Below, in pieces: positions 13,513-26,800 of a stretch of DNA of 64,000 bases. The notes below the pieces were generated by a model. That model worked only from the letters and a program-made list of their open reading frames with translations, had not been told where the DNA came from and did no database searches. Position 1 is the stretch's first letter; each line of letters opens with the position of its first letter. Made by a program: the position numbers and the translations under genes. The stretch comes from Spongospora subterranea f. sp. subterranea (taxonomy: Eukaryota), in the NCBI GenBank assembly GCA_049724395.1, contig JAUGWO010000071.1, positions 1-64,000 of the forward strand, in the 5' to 3' direction.

Positions 13513-15594
13513 TCACCGCTGAAAGGACTTTATTGCTTTGCTGTAGGCGTATTGCAGAGATTTCCCAATACCGGCCGTATAGACACCTTTCAGGGTTTGC
13601 CAGGCGGTCGCCTCCAGACCAATATCGCGAATCGCCTTCCTTAGAACTGAACCCACCCTGGATGGGTTTTCGACCAGTCCAGGGCGCCATGATTCTGGTG
13701 CCGTCGGGGATGGCGTTGACACCGAATTGGTGGCGTCTTCTGAGACGACTAACTCCTCGAAGCATTTCTGTCGAACGCGTACCGGCAAGCCTGCCAACAG
13801 ATGGCAAACGGCGTCAACGTCCTCAACGAGCGACGACGTGAAAGTATCTGGCCTGAACAGAGAAAGTTCATCGTTAGATCAGGCACAAAAAATAAATAAA
13901 TTCAGCAAACGTAATGCGAAGATGGGAAGCGGGACGAAGTCAACTGAAGTTTCTAATTAAGAACAAACGGTGGGAAAGTACGAAGAAAAAAATTTGTGGT
14001 CGTAAATCGTACAATGACGCTTTGGATGAGATGAGACCTTGTCTCTGGGCATCTGCGATGTGCGGGGCGTACAGACGACGGAATCCGGCGAGATTGGAGT
14101 CGATGATGTTGCGCAGCTTGAATGGGTTCTCCCCGATACCTAGCGCAGAAACACACGATGTTGATTCAGAGCAACACACAGCAACTCTATGTTTATGGTC
14201 GAGCGCCAGGCGGAAAAACTTTCGAATCGACAATTTGACGCACAATACAATCAACGAGAAAAAAATGTTGAATTATTGTAAGCAATTAAGCGTGATGGAA
14301 CAGTTTTGCTATGAAACAACCGACAACAAAACTGTGTGCGACCTATCGGTATTGTTGGGAATCAATAAATTTGAAAATACCTAGCGACATGCGAATATCG
14401 CCACAATATGAAAGACCGGCGATTGTCAGGAACAGTTCGCGGTCGGTGAACCGGGCAGGGGAGAGTAGCAGCGCGGCTCGCAACGCCGCCCGACTGTTAG
14501 CCAGAAGAGCCTCACGCATGGCCGATGGCAATTGAATTAATTCTGCCTGTTGAAACCTGTTAAATTGCCATGTGGCCTGTTCCAAACCTGACAAAAAAAT
14601 AGAAGCAATTTGGATGAAAAAAAAAACAAAAGAACCCTCAAATAGAATCATGCGTGATGAAATCCAGGGAGAATCAAAGTATTTTCAATTGCAAACATGT
14701 TGCTTTTCTAATTGAACATCACATAAATCTCAAATAATCCACAAATACGTTCTTGATAAAAAATTTCCTTAGAAACAAAAGACCCAGTTATATTGCTAGA
14801 TCGAATTCTAGTGAGGAAAATGAAAAAATCTTAGAATACTGAAGAAGATGAGTGTAGAAAGTGCGTTGATGCGTTACCGGTTTGTGTAATCGGCCACTAA
14901 CGTAGAGCGTTGACCATGTGCTCAAATCCTGATACAGATCATCCATAGCAATGACACCGTATTTCACAGTCTGACCCCACATACACAATCACTTTTTAGA
15001 TTAGCAGATAACGACGGAGAAACAAGTGAAAAAGATCGAACTAAAATTTCAGGAAATGAAGAGCGCATTCAACAAGAGTGCAGTTAACAGAAAAATCAAA
15101 AAATTGATAAGGTTTTTTCGAACTTGAAGAATGAGGCCAACGTTTTGGAGAAAGTTTAGTGCAATACACTGATGACACCGGTGCGGCGATCAGGCAAACC
15201 CGTAAAGGTGCAAAGAAACAGGATACAAACGCAGGTGCAAAGCTGAAACAATATGGAAAAAACCTCATCGTACAGTTTCCGCATCCAATTTCACAAACGG
15301 GTTGAAATGGAGCCCGGCCGCCGTACGTTGAAATCGGGCGATATACTCTGGACCCAGGGCGCGGGCCAGGCCCGAGTAGTGCATTTCGTGGCCATAGGCG
15401 AAGTTGGCCGTGTGCCATTCCAGCGGATCCCGCACCCCGAAAATCAGGTCGACCATCGACCCGGCCCCGCCCCCGTGCCGCATCACCTTCGACCCGTACG
15501 CCATGGCGAACTCCATCGCCGGGAACTGGCCCACGATCGCCTGCAGGGCGACGGTCGACGAACAGCGCCGCCCGCCCCTGCGCCATCGAATCAT
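13513..15594 (-). CDS. TAM41: Mitochondrial phosphatidate cytidylyltransferase Tam41 (multi-exon)
   Basis: Exons [83 protein letters not shown]. Confidence 0.93.
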
Positions 15595-15947
15595 GTTGGT
15601 TGGGCTGGGGGGCAATGGCGCCAAGCCGTTGGTCAATCCACCCCGTAAAGACGATTATTCAGTCGTAGCGCCATTTACCACGGAATTCATAACGCCACAC
15701 TGCAGCAGATTAAAAAACCGCCATTCTTTTTTTGTTATGTAAAATGTTATTTGTTAAATTGGATTTGCTAATCAACGTTCAGCTAAAAAGAGATCTTTCG
15801 TGTCCAGTCCCTTTTGTGCAATAAACGACATTCCTTGTTTTGGCACCGGCGGACTGGGAGGAAAAGAACTTCAGTAGAACTTCGTAAGTTTTGTTGAGAG
15901 CGGTGTTGGTGACTGACTGATAGGACCGGTCTATGGTAGCGTTGATA

Positions 15948-16614
15948 GGGGGGATAGATCACTGGGTCGTTAATGATACACATTCCTCGACCGGATTGAC
16001 TGAGGAGTGCCGACAGGGGGATAGATCACACGGTGGTCAATGATACACATTCCCCGACCGGATTGACTGAGGAGTGCCGACAGGGGGATAGATCACTGGG
16101 TCGTTAATGATACACATTCCCCGACCGGATTGACTGAGGAGTGCCGACAGGGGGATAGATCACTGGGTCGTTAATGATACACATTCCCCGATTGGATTGA
16201 CTGAGGAGTGCCGACAGGGGGATAGATCACTGGGTCGTTAATGATACACATTCCCCGATTGGATTGACTGAGGAGTGCCGACAGGGGGATAGATCACTGG
16301 GTCGTTAATGATACACATTCCCCGATTGGATTGACTGAGGAGTGCCGACAGGGGGATAGATCACTGGGTCGTTAATGATACACATTCCTCGACCGGATTG
16401 ACTGAGGAGTGCCGACTGGGGGATAGATCACTGGGTCGTTAATGATACACATTCCCCGACCGGATTGACTGTGGATTGCCGACAGGGGGATAGATCACTG
16501 AGTCGTTAATGATACACATTCCTCGATTGGATTGACTGAGGAGTGCCGACAGGGGGATAGATCACTGGGTCGTTAATGATACACATTCCCTACCGGATTG
16601 ACTGATGGTTGCCG
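15948..16614 (+). repeat. ~10 x 67-bp tandem repeat (minisatellite)
   Basis: Unit GGGGGATAGATCACTGGGTCGTTAATGATACACATTCCCCGACCGGATTGACTGAGGAGTGCCGACA. Period of 67 checked at 15961, 16028, 16095, 16162. Confidence 0.97.
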
Positions 16615-17854
16615 TTACCGTGATATGTTGCGTTACAACAGGACTTAACCAGGTCGTTGAGGACGTTCACCTCGTACCAACAAGTTGACTTGAAGACTGG
16701 TCAGACTACTTCCCTCTTTGCCGACCCGGTACGTTCTTCTGCTGAGTTAATATGGTATGACTCTGTACACCTATCACTGTAATCACACTCGATCATTATA
16801 TCATCGGAATGTGAATAGCTGGTGTGAACTTGATCATAACGATGTTCAGATTGGGCGGTTCGGTCGATGAAGGCCAATTCATCAGCTGGTGAAGTATTGT
16901 TGACCTGAAGCAATGTGGTTCATAAAGACTCTTGCGTGGAGATTGTTTAGGAAGATTCTTTCTTGAAAACCGAGATTGGCAAAACGAAACTGTAGCTTTT
17001 ATTTAACTTTGACGTTGACGAGTAGATTTTGATCTGTTATCTGTTTCCATTCGTATGCTTGATTGCTTTTCAAAGTCTGCCAATTTCTTGCACGTCAGAA
17101 ACAACTGTCTTCATGATTTCTAGCGCTAATGCTGTACTAATTGTTAACGTTAGCTCTTGTTGAAATAATCATAGTCAAAATTGCCAAATCTGCAACGAAC
17201 GAAATGACGCATTTCAATCATAGGCATTTATCAGATCAATCCTCGATCTACTCGTGTAAACTTGGTTCATATACAGCTCATGCTGGGGTCGATACTGCCC
17301 AGGCGCTTTAATGCTCATCAACGAACGCCGTGTTTACGAGTTTCTGTTATGGATGCTTGTATTTTCTGTTTGTGCGATCAGATAGCGTTGAATAGCCACA
17401 AACAACCTGAATCGCCGATTGTGACCTTAGAAGCTTGTCTTCTTCGCAGTTGGTTAGAGAGCCAATGAAATATCCAGATTATCTGATGAGTAATCCTGGA
17501 AAACCCAAGTTGATATCAATCACACGTGGCAGTGAAAACCTCCAGACGCAATCCAAGATTGAAATGACTGCTTGATCACATGATCAAATCGATTATATTG
17601 TGCAATATTCCGACATTCAAACAGAACTTGTTCAGAGCAACTGATAGTTGTAGTTGTTCGGAGAAGTAACGAGCAACACCTGATCACATAGGGCAACCAT
17701 CAACTGGGAGCACAAAAGACCATTGTCTGTCCATGACCATTCTATACGAACGAGAGATGGACTAGAGTCAACCGCTCAGACAAAGGCAGAATCGACATCT
17801 CATCATCACAGTCTCGAGTTCCTTGACCGATATCAACAGAATCACCGAAAGATC

Positions 17855-19919
17855 ATGGTATGGTACCAGGACCGCGTTAGTGCTCAATCGGCCCGTTGTC
17901 ACTCAATGTGGCAGCACGATGTAGCTTTGGTCATGACGATATTGTTCAGTATCGTCGACATCGTGGTCGTCGTGCCCATGCTGATCCTATTTGTCAAGCG
18001 ACGTGATTTGCAGCCGATCAAGGCGCGTAATCCGATCGTCAGTGTCAGCCTGATTTGTGGCCTGTTGATATTGCCCATCCACGATTTATGGGTCTGGCAA
18101 CTTTCGATCTCGTGTCTGGCCACGGTTGAGATCCCGATTCTGGCGCCATTCGTGTTCGATATGTCGCTGGCCAGGGCCGCGTCTCTGTACGCCAATTATC
18201 GCATCACCAAAGCGAAGGTGATCTCGCACTCGCCATCACTGAAGATGTCGGCTGTTGACTCCTGGTTCCTGAGCAATCAAGGCATAGTTCGAACACGTTT
18301 TCTGGCGAAAGTTATTTTTGCGGATTTTTCGCTGCACTGCACGATTTTACTGATTGTCATGGGTTTTGTCACCGACGCTGTGTCTCAAGAATGGCCTTTC
18401 TGTGTCTCCGAAGACGCCCTGCAAAGTGTCCTGGTTCAGATGTTTCTCAGCGCTGTAGTCAACATATATTTCGTGGTGAAATTGCAAGTTTGCACGGATA
18501 GATTTCTAATCAAGGTCGGAACAAATTTTGTTCCTTTCTGTTGGACGTTTGATGTGCTGATTGTCGATTGTCGTCGCAGAGGGAGCTAAAACAGGTCGCG
18601 ATGCTGTTTATTCTGTTTGTGATGTTCACAGCTTGCATGGGTGCCTTCCCCGAATTGGCCGCCATTCGTAAGCGCATGAAATCAGAGAGTTTTGTAAATT
18701 TCGCCCATTTTCGCGTTTGGCATTGAGCTCATAGTTGTGAACCCATTCTCCAAAACTCAGTCGTTATGCAAAGTTGTTCTATCCATTGAGAGTGCAGGTC
18801 GCGACCATGGCCCCAATTTTTAATGTGCTTTTGTAGAACTGGTGTTTTTCACTTTTCCATCGTATTCCTTGTTGCATTCGAAAATAGCTCTCCATCCATT
18901 CTAATTGATATTGCCACAGCGTATCCTGTTCACTCGACGTTCACGTGGCTCAATTTCCACATGATATTCTTCTGTATGGTGATCCAGCCGCTGCGATATT
19001 CCTATCACTTCGAGGCTCGGAGCAATCACCAGAGTTCGGTCGGTGTCGAACAGGTATTGGCGATGGATGCGGGAGCGGAGGCGTTCTCGTCGTATCTACA
19101 GACCGGTGTGTTCTGTTTTATATCACTGTTTCCCCCTGAGATTAGCTCCTTCGACCAGCTTTCACGAACTTCCTATCTTGAGCCAACTCACGTTTTGACA
19201 ACTTTCAGGATGTGTTCACTGTTGTGAAAGTTCTACGATTTCAGGTGTTAGTGGAAATTTCAACGGATGTCTTTCGGTTAATGGTTGACAAATCACAGCA
19301 ATTTTGCGTGTTTCCGTTGTGATCTGATACAGAAGCGTTGATATATATTTTCGATTCTGAAGCCCAATATGCCAATTTGGGATTGCCACATATGATGACT
19401 GATACGTGTTGGACATTCATCGTGACCAGTCCCCGAGTATTAATGATTGTGTTTGCTCAGAATTCTGTGTCGAAATGTTCGTGTTTTGGAAGGCCATCCA
19501 GAGATTGAAAAAGAATTGGAATGTGAATGAAACCGCACAACGTCGAGCGTCGCATGGTCCAGTTCGGCAACCGTCTAGCGGAGCAAACTTAAAATCAATA
19601 TCGGTTGCAATTACTAGCTGCGAAGATGAAGCCAGACAGATGTTCTTCGAGTTTTTCACTCCAGAAGGCCGATACGAACTGAACGTTTCCGATCATCTCA
19701 GGAAGAATTTGGCATCTCTGTTTCAGCAGCAGGAAAGAGAAAATTCGACCGTTGGCGAGGGGCGGCGAATCTTCTCAAAACGAGCAGAGCAGGGGTTTGA
19801 TTATCAACGACAAAATATTCGACCCAGCGTGGCTGGAAATCCGAAGTTTACTGAATGAGGGGCCCTTCAACAGATTCTTAGATACCCCGATTGCCAAGCA
19901 ATTGCTACATTTAGGGTAA
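17855..19919 (+). CDS. Multi-pass transmembrane RGS-domain protein (7TM-RGS-like)
   Basis: About 7 hydrophobic segments with R..QPIKARNP after TM1. C-terminal RGS box split across exons: VL...AG.EAF..YL.T/EFCVEMFVFW...A..MF..FF.....ELNVS...R...IFD.AW.EI..LL..GPF.RF. The last segment needs a 37-nt intron (19751-19787) or a frameshift. Stop at 19917-19919. Confidence 0.82.
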
Positions 19920-20319
19920 TAGCATGGTTTGTCATATGACGTGGAGATAATCATACAAAACATAATGAAAAACACACCCTGTACGATTCCTTGTCTAACG
20001 ACGCTCCGCCAATCGCATTGTAGCTGCCCCACGATCAATCGTTCAAGGTATCACGCCCGTGCGTCTGGACCACGTCTTGATGTTCCCCCGGGCGGCGCTC
20101 GCTGGGGCCACGAATCCGGTTGATCGGCCAACACACAATCCACAGAGGTAGGGTTGCATTCTGAGTCAAAACGGACCCGACGATACATCACGTTTGTTAG
20201 CACCATGAACGTTGGCCTTCGTTGGTTCCTTGTTTGCCGCCCATTTTGATTGATACAGCGAAGCTAATCTTGACCTTCTTTCTTTTTCGGATTGGTGTGA
20301 CGCCGCCGCATTTTTGTTT

Positions 20320-20688
20320 TTCCAAAACATCCCAGCAGGATGCACGTACCTCAATGGGTAGCGACCTGAAAGAAGGTCTGATAACAATGGGTCAAGAACT
20401 TGGTCGAGGGCTAGCGACAGCCTTATCAAACACTTCAAACAACGAAATCAAACGATATTGCTCCAGCAGATTATTTGTTTCTTTGTTCTGGTCCATTAAC
20501 AACTTGCGCTGTTGAACAATGTTTCCTGGGAATGCTGTGTAAGATCGGACAGTCGTTTGATTCGTTGTTTGAAGTGTTTGAAAAGGCTGGCGCTAGCCCT
20601 CGACCAAGATCTTGACCCACTGATATCCGACCTTCTTCACGTGGCTACCTCCTTTGAGGTAAGTGCATCCTGCTGGGATGTTCTGGAA
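20320..20688. repeat. Diverged inverted repeat, ~135-bp arms (20320-20455 / 20553-20688)
   Basis: Arms align as reverse complements with scattered mismatches and indels (roughly 85% by eye). Confidence 0.9.
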
Positions 20689-20832
20689 CCACCAATAGAT
20701 AAAAACCTAATACTCCCTCCGTCCCATAAAAACCTATCGAAAAACAGTAATGTACTTTTCGACATCGTTCTGAACCCATTACGCTTATAGATTGAAAATT
20801 TTCCCAGGCGATGGCAAATCCGGCATCATCCG

Positions 20833-21666
20833 TTGTTTCCAATGGCCCTTGTTAGACTAAATTTGATCACCGCATCTCCTTCAGAAAGTGGTCGGATCCA
20901 ACCACAATCAATGAATGATCAATATGACGTTGTCGCTGATGAATATGCTCAAATCGTTTATCCACGAGATGAAGCCACTCGCTTCACCACACTCATGTCG
21001 GATTTCAAGCATCTTGTTGCTTTCGCGACACAATCTCCCAATCTTTTCAGGCGAACCCGTTTAGCAATAAGCAATCTGCTGAATGCACGATCGTCCCAAG
21101 AAGTTCTTGAAACTTCATTGGCAGTTGAAGGCACAGCTGCTTTTTCAGTTCTACCTCCGCTACGTGGGCCAGCCCAACGCGGCCGGCATATAACGAAAGC
21201 AGATATTAGTAATCATTCACGTCTAACAAAACGTTCAGCAAAAGTACAAAAGGGATGCACCAGCTGCAGGCGTGAAAATCGAGTTCAGCTGGACAACCAC
21301 AGGTCAAATAGCTCGAAATGCCCAATACGACAGCATGATAAGGCAAATGCTGAGGAACCGAAACTAATCTCAGCACCTGAATTTTCAGATATCGACTCCC
21401 TAATGCTCAATGAAGCAATGCACCGCATTCTTGGCTATGGCGACGACATTGAAGAAGCAAGTAGTGAAGTTTTACTTCAAGCAAAGAAACTACTAGAAGG
21501 ACAGTTTGCGAGTAAAGCAGGATTATCTCATCATAATCAGTGGCTTTGTAAAATCGGTAATTTTGTAAAAACATTGTTTTGGTCAGGATTTTCATACATG
21601 TTTTCAGACAATTTGTTGCTAGAATCCGTCCCATTGGTAGATCTTATGAGGCGCGAACAATTGTAA
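20833..21666 (+). pseudogene. Probable MULE transposase C-terminal fragment with CCHC knuckle
   Basis: Basic stretch, then GCTSC...HRSNSSKCP as found after the SWIM domain of Mutator-like transposases. No DDE core seen. Confidence 0.45.
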
Positions 21667-21672
21667 TAAATA

Positions 21673-22484
21673 CTATATAATTTTGATCGGGACTATTTCA
21701 TACTGATTCAAAAGAGGGTTGAATCGAAATTGAACTCGGTAGCGATCTGAGCTTTCGGCAATGTCAGGTCTTTTGCATTGAGTGCAATAGAAGTGCCCTC
21801 GCCGGACAACATTTTTGAATGTGATATCCCCAAAACATTGGCGAAATTCATCTTTGGTAAAGTTTCGAAAGTTTTTCGCTAGACCAAAAATGCCTTCGGC
21901 AGCACGGGCTTCTTCAAACTTCAAAATATCTTCGAAACAAGAAAAAACAGAAGGCGTGTCCTGGTTTGCAGCGTCACATTCGCCAGCAGAATCAATAATC
22001 ACATCATCCTGGTTTTCATTGTGCAGCCAAGGATCAATGTTTACATCATCCTGTTTCTCCAAAGTCATCGTACAGCAAAGGATCAACATTCAAATCGTCC
22101 TGGTCTGCATTGTCAATATACAGCACAGTATCAGCATTCTATTCGTCTTACGTCATTGATATCATTATCCAGAGCGGGACCAGCATTCAACTCATCGCCA
22201 TAATCCAGAACAACATCGGGATGCTGAGCGTCAACCAGGTCAGAAACAGGCGGAGACACAGCATCCTCTAATGGGCCAGAGTCCGGTTCGAATTCAACCT
22301 CACCATAAACATCGGATATACTCCGTTTACTTGCAAGAGATCGAACGTAAGAAAGGGCGTTCCACATAATCAAAGATGGCAATGGCGGATAATCAGGGGG
22401 ATCCTTGAGCACACGACCACACGTGCTCAAAGTCAAACCTGACAGTGTACATGTGTACACCAGCGACTGATGGATCAGAAGCAA
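21673..22484 (-). pseudogene. Possible MULE N-terminal (FAR1/WRKY-like) fragment
   Basis: Acidic N-terminus, then F..FE...F...A...F...RRG.FYC...Y.V.F......Y pattern. Frameshifted. Confidence 0.35.
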
Positions 22485-23049
22485 CTAAGTTAGTGGGAAT
22501 TGATGGGATCAGTCGACTGACAGAAATACCTCCCGTTATAATAACTGCTACTCCTATAATGTAAATATAAGAAGTTATGATTATTATTTATATTCTACAA
22601 TTAGAGCAATTGGTATATCAAAAGAACAATTTAAGGAATATGTTAAATATGAGATATTGTATGGTGATATTCCACTTGAATTTAATAAAAAGATGGAACC
22701 TTTTTCCCAAAAAATAAATCGCATTTCCCCCAACTTTTATCAATTCTCAAATTTTTACTTACCATCTCAAAAAATAAAATGCCTCTTTTCAAAATATTCA
22801 ATTTATTTTTTCAACTGAGGGTAAGTAAAGTTTATAACCAGTGAATTCATTATCTTGGTATGAGCAGTGAATTCACTGGCTCAGAAAATCATTTTCAGAA
22901 GACTATGTAAAAGATGAAATGAAAGTTTTTAGAAGATGTATGAAAGTTATTATGTATGAAAGTTATTTGAAATCATTTTTGGTATTTGTAAGAAATCATT
23001 TTTTGATAAATCCAAGAAAGTTTATTTACCCCCCAATTAAATTTAGACT

Positions 23050-23791
23050 CTAGACAGATTCCAGGGACACTGTGTCTTCATCTTTGACCTCTAACTCTTC
23101 TGGAGAATTAAATAGCCAGCCTCTCACGCCAATATTCTGGAGAAAAGACACCATATCTTGCGAAAACTCGGAATGCGGAATAATAATAAATGGCCTACCA
23201 CTCCGACTTCGTGGCAACTCTCCACGAATGCGTTGGCTAGTGTTGAAGTTAAACTTGCTAATCCGTTTCCACTCATCATTAGTATATAGGTCTGGTAGAG
23301 GTATGGTAGTTAGTTGACAGCCTTTCTTGACAGTGTAGGGAACACCATCAGAACCCATTACACTATAAGTCCTCTTTGCTCGAACAAAATCCCACGCATC
23401 GCGACCATTCCTAGCATGAAGAACGTCACCAATGGTAGCTTTGACATATGGACAATCAAATTCATAGTATGCGCGAATCTCCCTTGCAAGCATATCCAAT
23501 ACTTTCGGCAAGTCGACTCCACGCTCAACTTCTCAAAAGACTGCTGGCGAGAGATGGCTATAACGCGACTGAGAAAGCTTGAAACAAACAAGAATTGCTC
23601 TTAACGGGCTTGGGGCGCAGCGATAGAACTGTTGTGATTTGATTACGGATTGAGGCGACAAGATTCATTGCTGCTGCAACCAATACATCACTAGCGCCTG
23701 CCCCTTCTGCATTAGCGAGCTTGGACTCGGCATCGGTGAGCTTGGTCTTGAGATCATGAATCTCTCCCTCCGACGAGCTTGCCGACGACAT
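23050..23791 (-). CDS. Uncharacterised protein with N-terminal coiled coil; C-terminal domain reminiscent of Crinkler-family C-termini
   Basis: Exon MSSASSSEGEIHDLKTKL... then ESTCRKY/LDMLARE...ATIGDVL...LP..Y..DEW...G.PFIIIPHS.F...FL..IGV...LEVKDE. Needs a 1-nt frameshift near 23500. The family guess is from memory only. Confidence 0.5.
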
Positions 23792-23887
23792 CACGAAAAG
23801 CAGAATGAAGAAACTCCGCAACTCATGATTCTTCCTGGCTCAGCCAGTTACTGGAAATTACAACGGGGACAACAGAAAGATTTCCCG

Positions 23888-26800
23888 TCTATTGATCATG
23901 TTGTTGATAAAGTATGAGATGTAATGGGGAACATGTGCCGTACTTCATTACATATTGTCTAATATCTATTGATCATGTTGTTGATAAAGTATGAGATGTA
24001 ATGGGGAACATGTGCCGTACTTCATTACATATTGTCTAATATCTATTGATCATGTTGTTGATAAAGTATGAGATGTAATGGGGAACATGTGCAGTACTTC
24101 ATTACATATTGTCTAATATCTATTGATCATGTTGTTGATAAAGTATGAGATGTAATGGGGAACATGTGCAGTACTTCATTACATATTGTCTAATATCTAT
24201 TGATCATGTTGTTGATAAAGTATGAGATGTAATGGGGAACATGTGCCGTACTTCATTACATATTCTCTAATATCTATTGATCATGTTGTTGATAAAGTAT
24301 GAGATGTAATGGGGAACATGTGCCGTACTTCATTATATATTGTCTAATATCTATTGATCATGTTGTTGATAAAGTATGAGATTTAATGGGGAACATGTGC
24401 AGTACTTCATTACATATTGTCTAATATCTATTGATCATGTTGTTGATAAAGTATGAGATGTAATGGGGAACATGTGCCGTACTTCATTACATATTGTCTA
24501 ATATCTATTGATCATGTTGTTGATAAAGTATGAGATGTAATGGGGAACATGTGCCGTACTTCATTACATATTGTCTAATATCTATTGATCATGTTGTTGA
24601 TAAAGTATGAGATGTAATGGGGAACATGTGCAGTACTTCATTACATATTGTCTAATATCTATTGATCATGTTGTTGATAAAGTATGAGATGTAATGGGGA
24701 ACATGTGCAGTACTTCATTACATATTGTCTAATATCTATTGATCATGTTGTTGATAAAGTATGAGATGTAATGGGGAACATGTGCCGTACTTCATTACAT
24801 ATTGTCTAATATCTATTGATCATGTTGTTGATACAGTATGAGATGTAATGGGGAACATGTGCAGTACTTCATTACATATTGTCTAATATCTATTGATCAT
24901 GTTGTTGATAAAGTATGAGATGTAATGGGGAACATGTGCAGTACTTCATTACATATTGTCTAATATCTATTGATCATGTTGTTGATAAAGTATGAGATGT
25001 AATGGGGAACATGTGCAGTACTTCATTACATATTGTCTAATATCTATTGATCATGTTGTTGATAAAGTATGAGATGTAATGGGGAACATGTGCAGTACTT
25101 CATTACATATTGTCTAATATCTATTGATCATGTTGTTGATAAAGTATGAGATTTAATGGGGAACATGTGCAGTACTTCATTACATATTGTCTAATATCTA
25201 TTGATCATGTTGTTGATAAAGTATGAGATGTAATGGGGAACATGTGCAGTACTTCATTACATATTGTCTAATATCTATTGATCATGTTGTTGATAAAGTA
25301 TGAGATGTAATGGGGAACATGTGCCGTACTTCATTACATATTGTCTAATATCTATTGATCATGTTGTTGATAAAGTATGAGATGTAATGGGGAACATGTG
25401 CAGTACTTCATTACATATTGTCTAATATCTATTGATCATGTTGTTGATAAAGTATGAGATGTAATGGGAACATGTGCAGTACTTCATTACATATTGTCTA
25501 ATATCTATTGATCATGTTGTTGATAAAGTATGAGATGTAATGGGGAACATGTGCAGTACTTCATTACATATTGTCTAATATCTATTGATCATGTTGTTGA
25601 TAAAGTATGAGATGTAATGGGGAACATGTGCCGTACTTCATTACATATTGTCTAATATCTATTGATCATGTTGTTGATAAAGTATGAGATGTAATGGGGA
25701 ACATGTGCAGTACTTCATTACATATTGTCTAATATCTATTGATCATGTTGTTGATAAAGTATGAGATGTAATGGGGAACATGTGCCGTACTTCATTACAT
25801 ATTGTCATATTGATCATGTTGTTGATAAAGTATGAGATGTAATGGGGAACATGTGCAGTACTTCATTACATATTGATCTATTGATCATGTTGTTGATAAA
25901 GTATGAGATGTAATGGGGAACATGTGCAGTACTTCATTACATATTGTCTAATATCTATTGATCATGTTGTTGATAAAGTATGAGATGTAATGGGGAACAT
26001 GTACTTCATTACATATTGTCTAATATCTATTGATCATGTTGTTGATAAAGTTACATGTCTACATATTGTCTAATCTCTATTGATCATGTTGTTGATAAAG
26101 TATGAGATGTAATGGGGAACATGTCGTACTTCATTACATATTGTCTAATATCTATTGATCATGTTGTTGATAAAGTATGAGATGTAATGGAAAACATGTG
26201 CAGTACTTCATTACATATTGTCTAATATCTATTGATCATGTTGTTGATAAAGTATGAGATGTAATGGGGAACATGTGCAGTACTTCATTACATATTGTCT
26301 AATATCTATTGATCATGTTGTTGATACATATTGTCTAATCTCTATGATCATGTTGTTGATAAAGTAGATGTGGGGAACATGTGCAGTACTTCATTACATA
26401 TTGTCTAATATCTATTGATCATGTTGTTGATAAAGTATGAGATGTAATGGGGAACATGTGCCGTACTTCATTACATATTGTCTAATATCTATTGATCATG
26501 TTGTTGATAAAGTATGAGATGTAATGGGGAACATGTGCCGTACTTCATCTATTACATATTGTCTAATCTCTAATATCTATTGATCATGTTGTTGATAAAG
26601 TATGAGATGTAATGGGGAACATGTGCCGTACTTCATTACATATTGTCATATTGATCATGTTGTTGATAAAGTATGAGATGTAATGGGGAACAATACTTCA
26701 TTACATATTGATTGATCATGTTGTTGATAAAGTATGAGATGTAATGGGGAACATGTGCAGTACTTCATTACATATTGTCTAATCTCTATTGATCATGTTG

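Noticed and set aside
15948..16614. Tandem hammerhead ribozymes (CTGAGGAG in each unit)
   Set aside because: GAAA core is absent (GATA), stem II does not pair properly, and the cleavage triplet is out of register.
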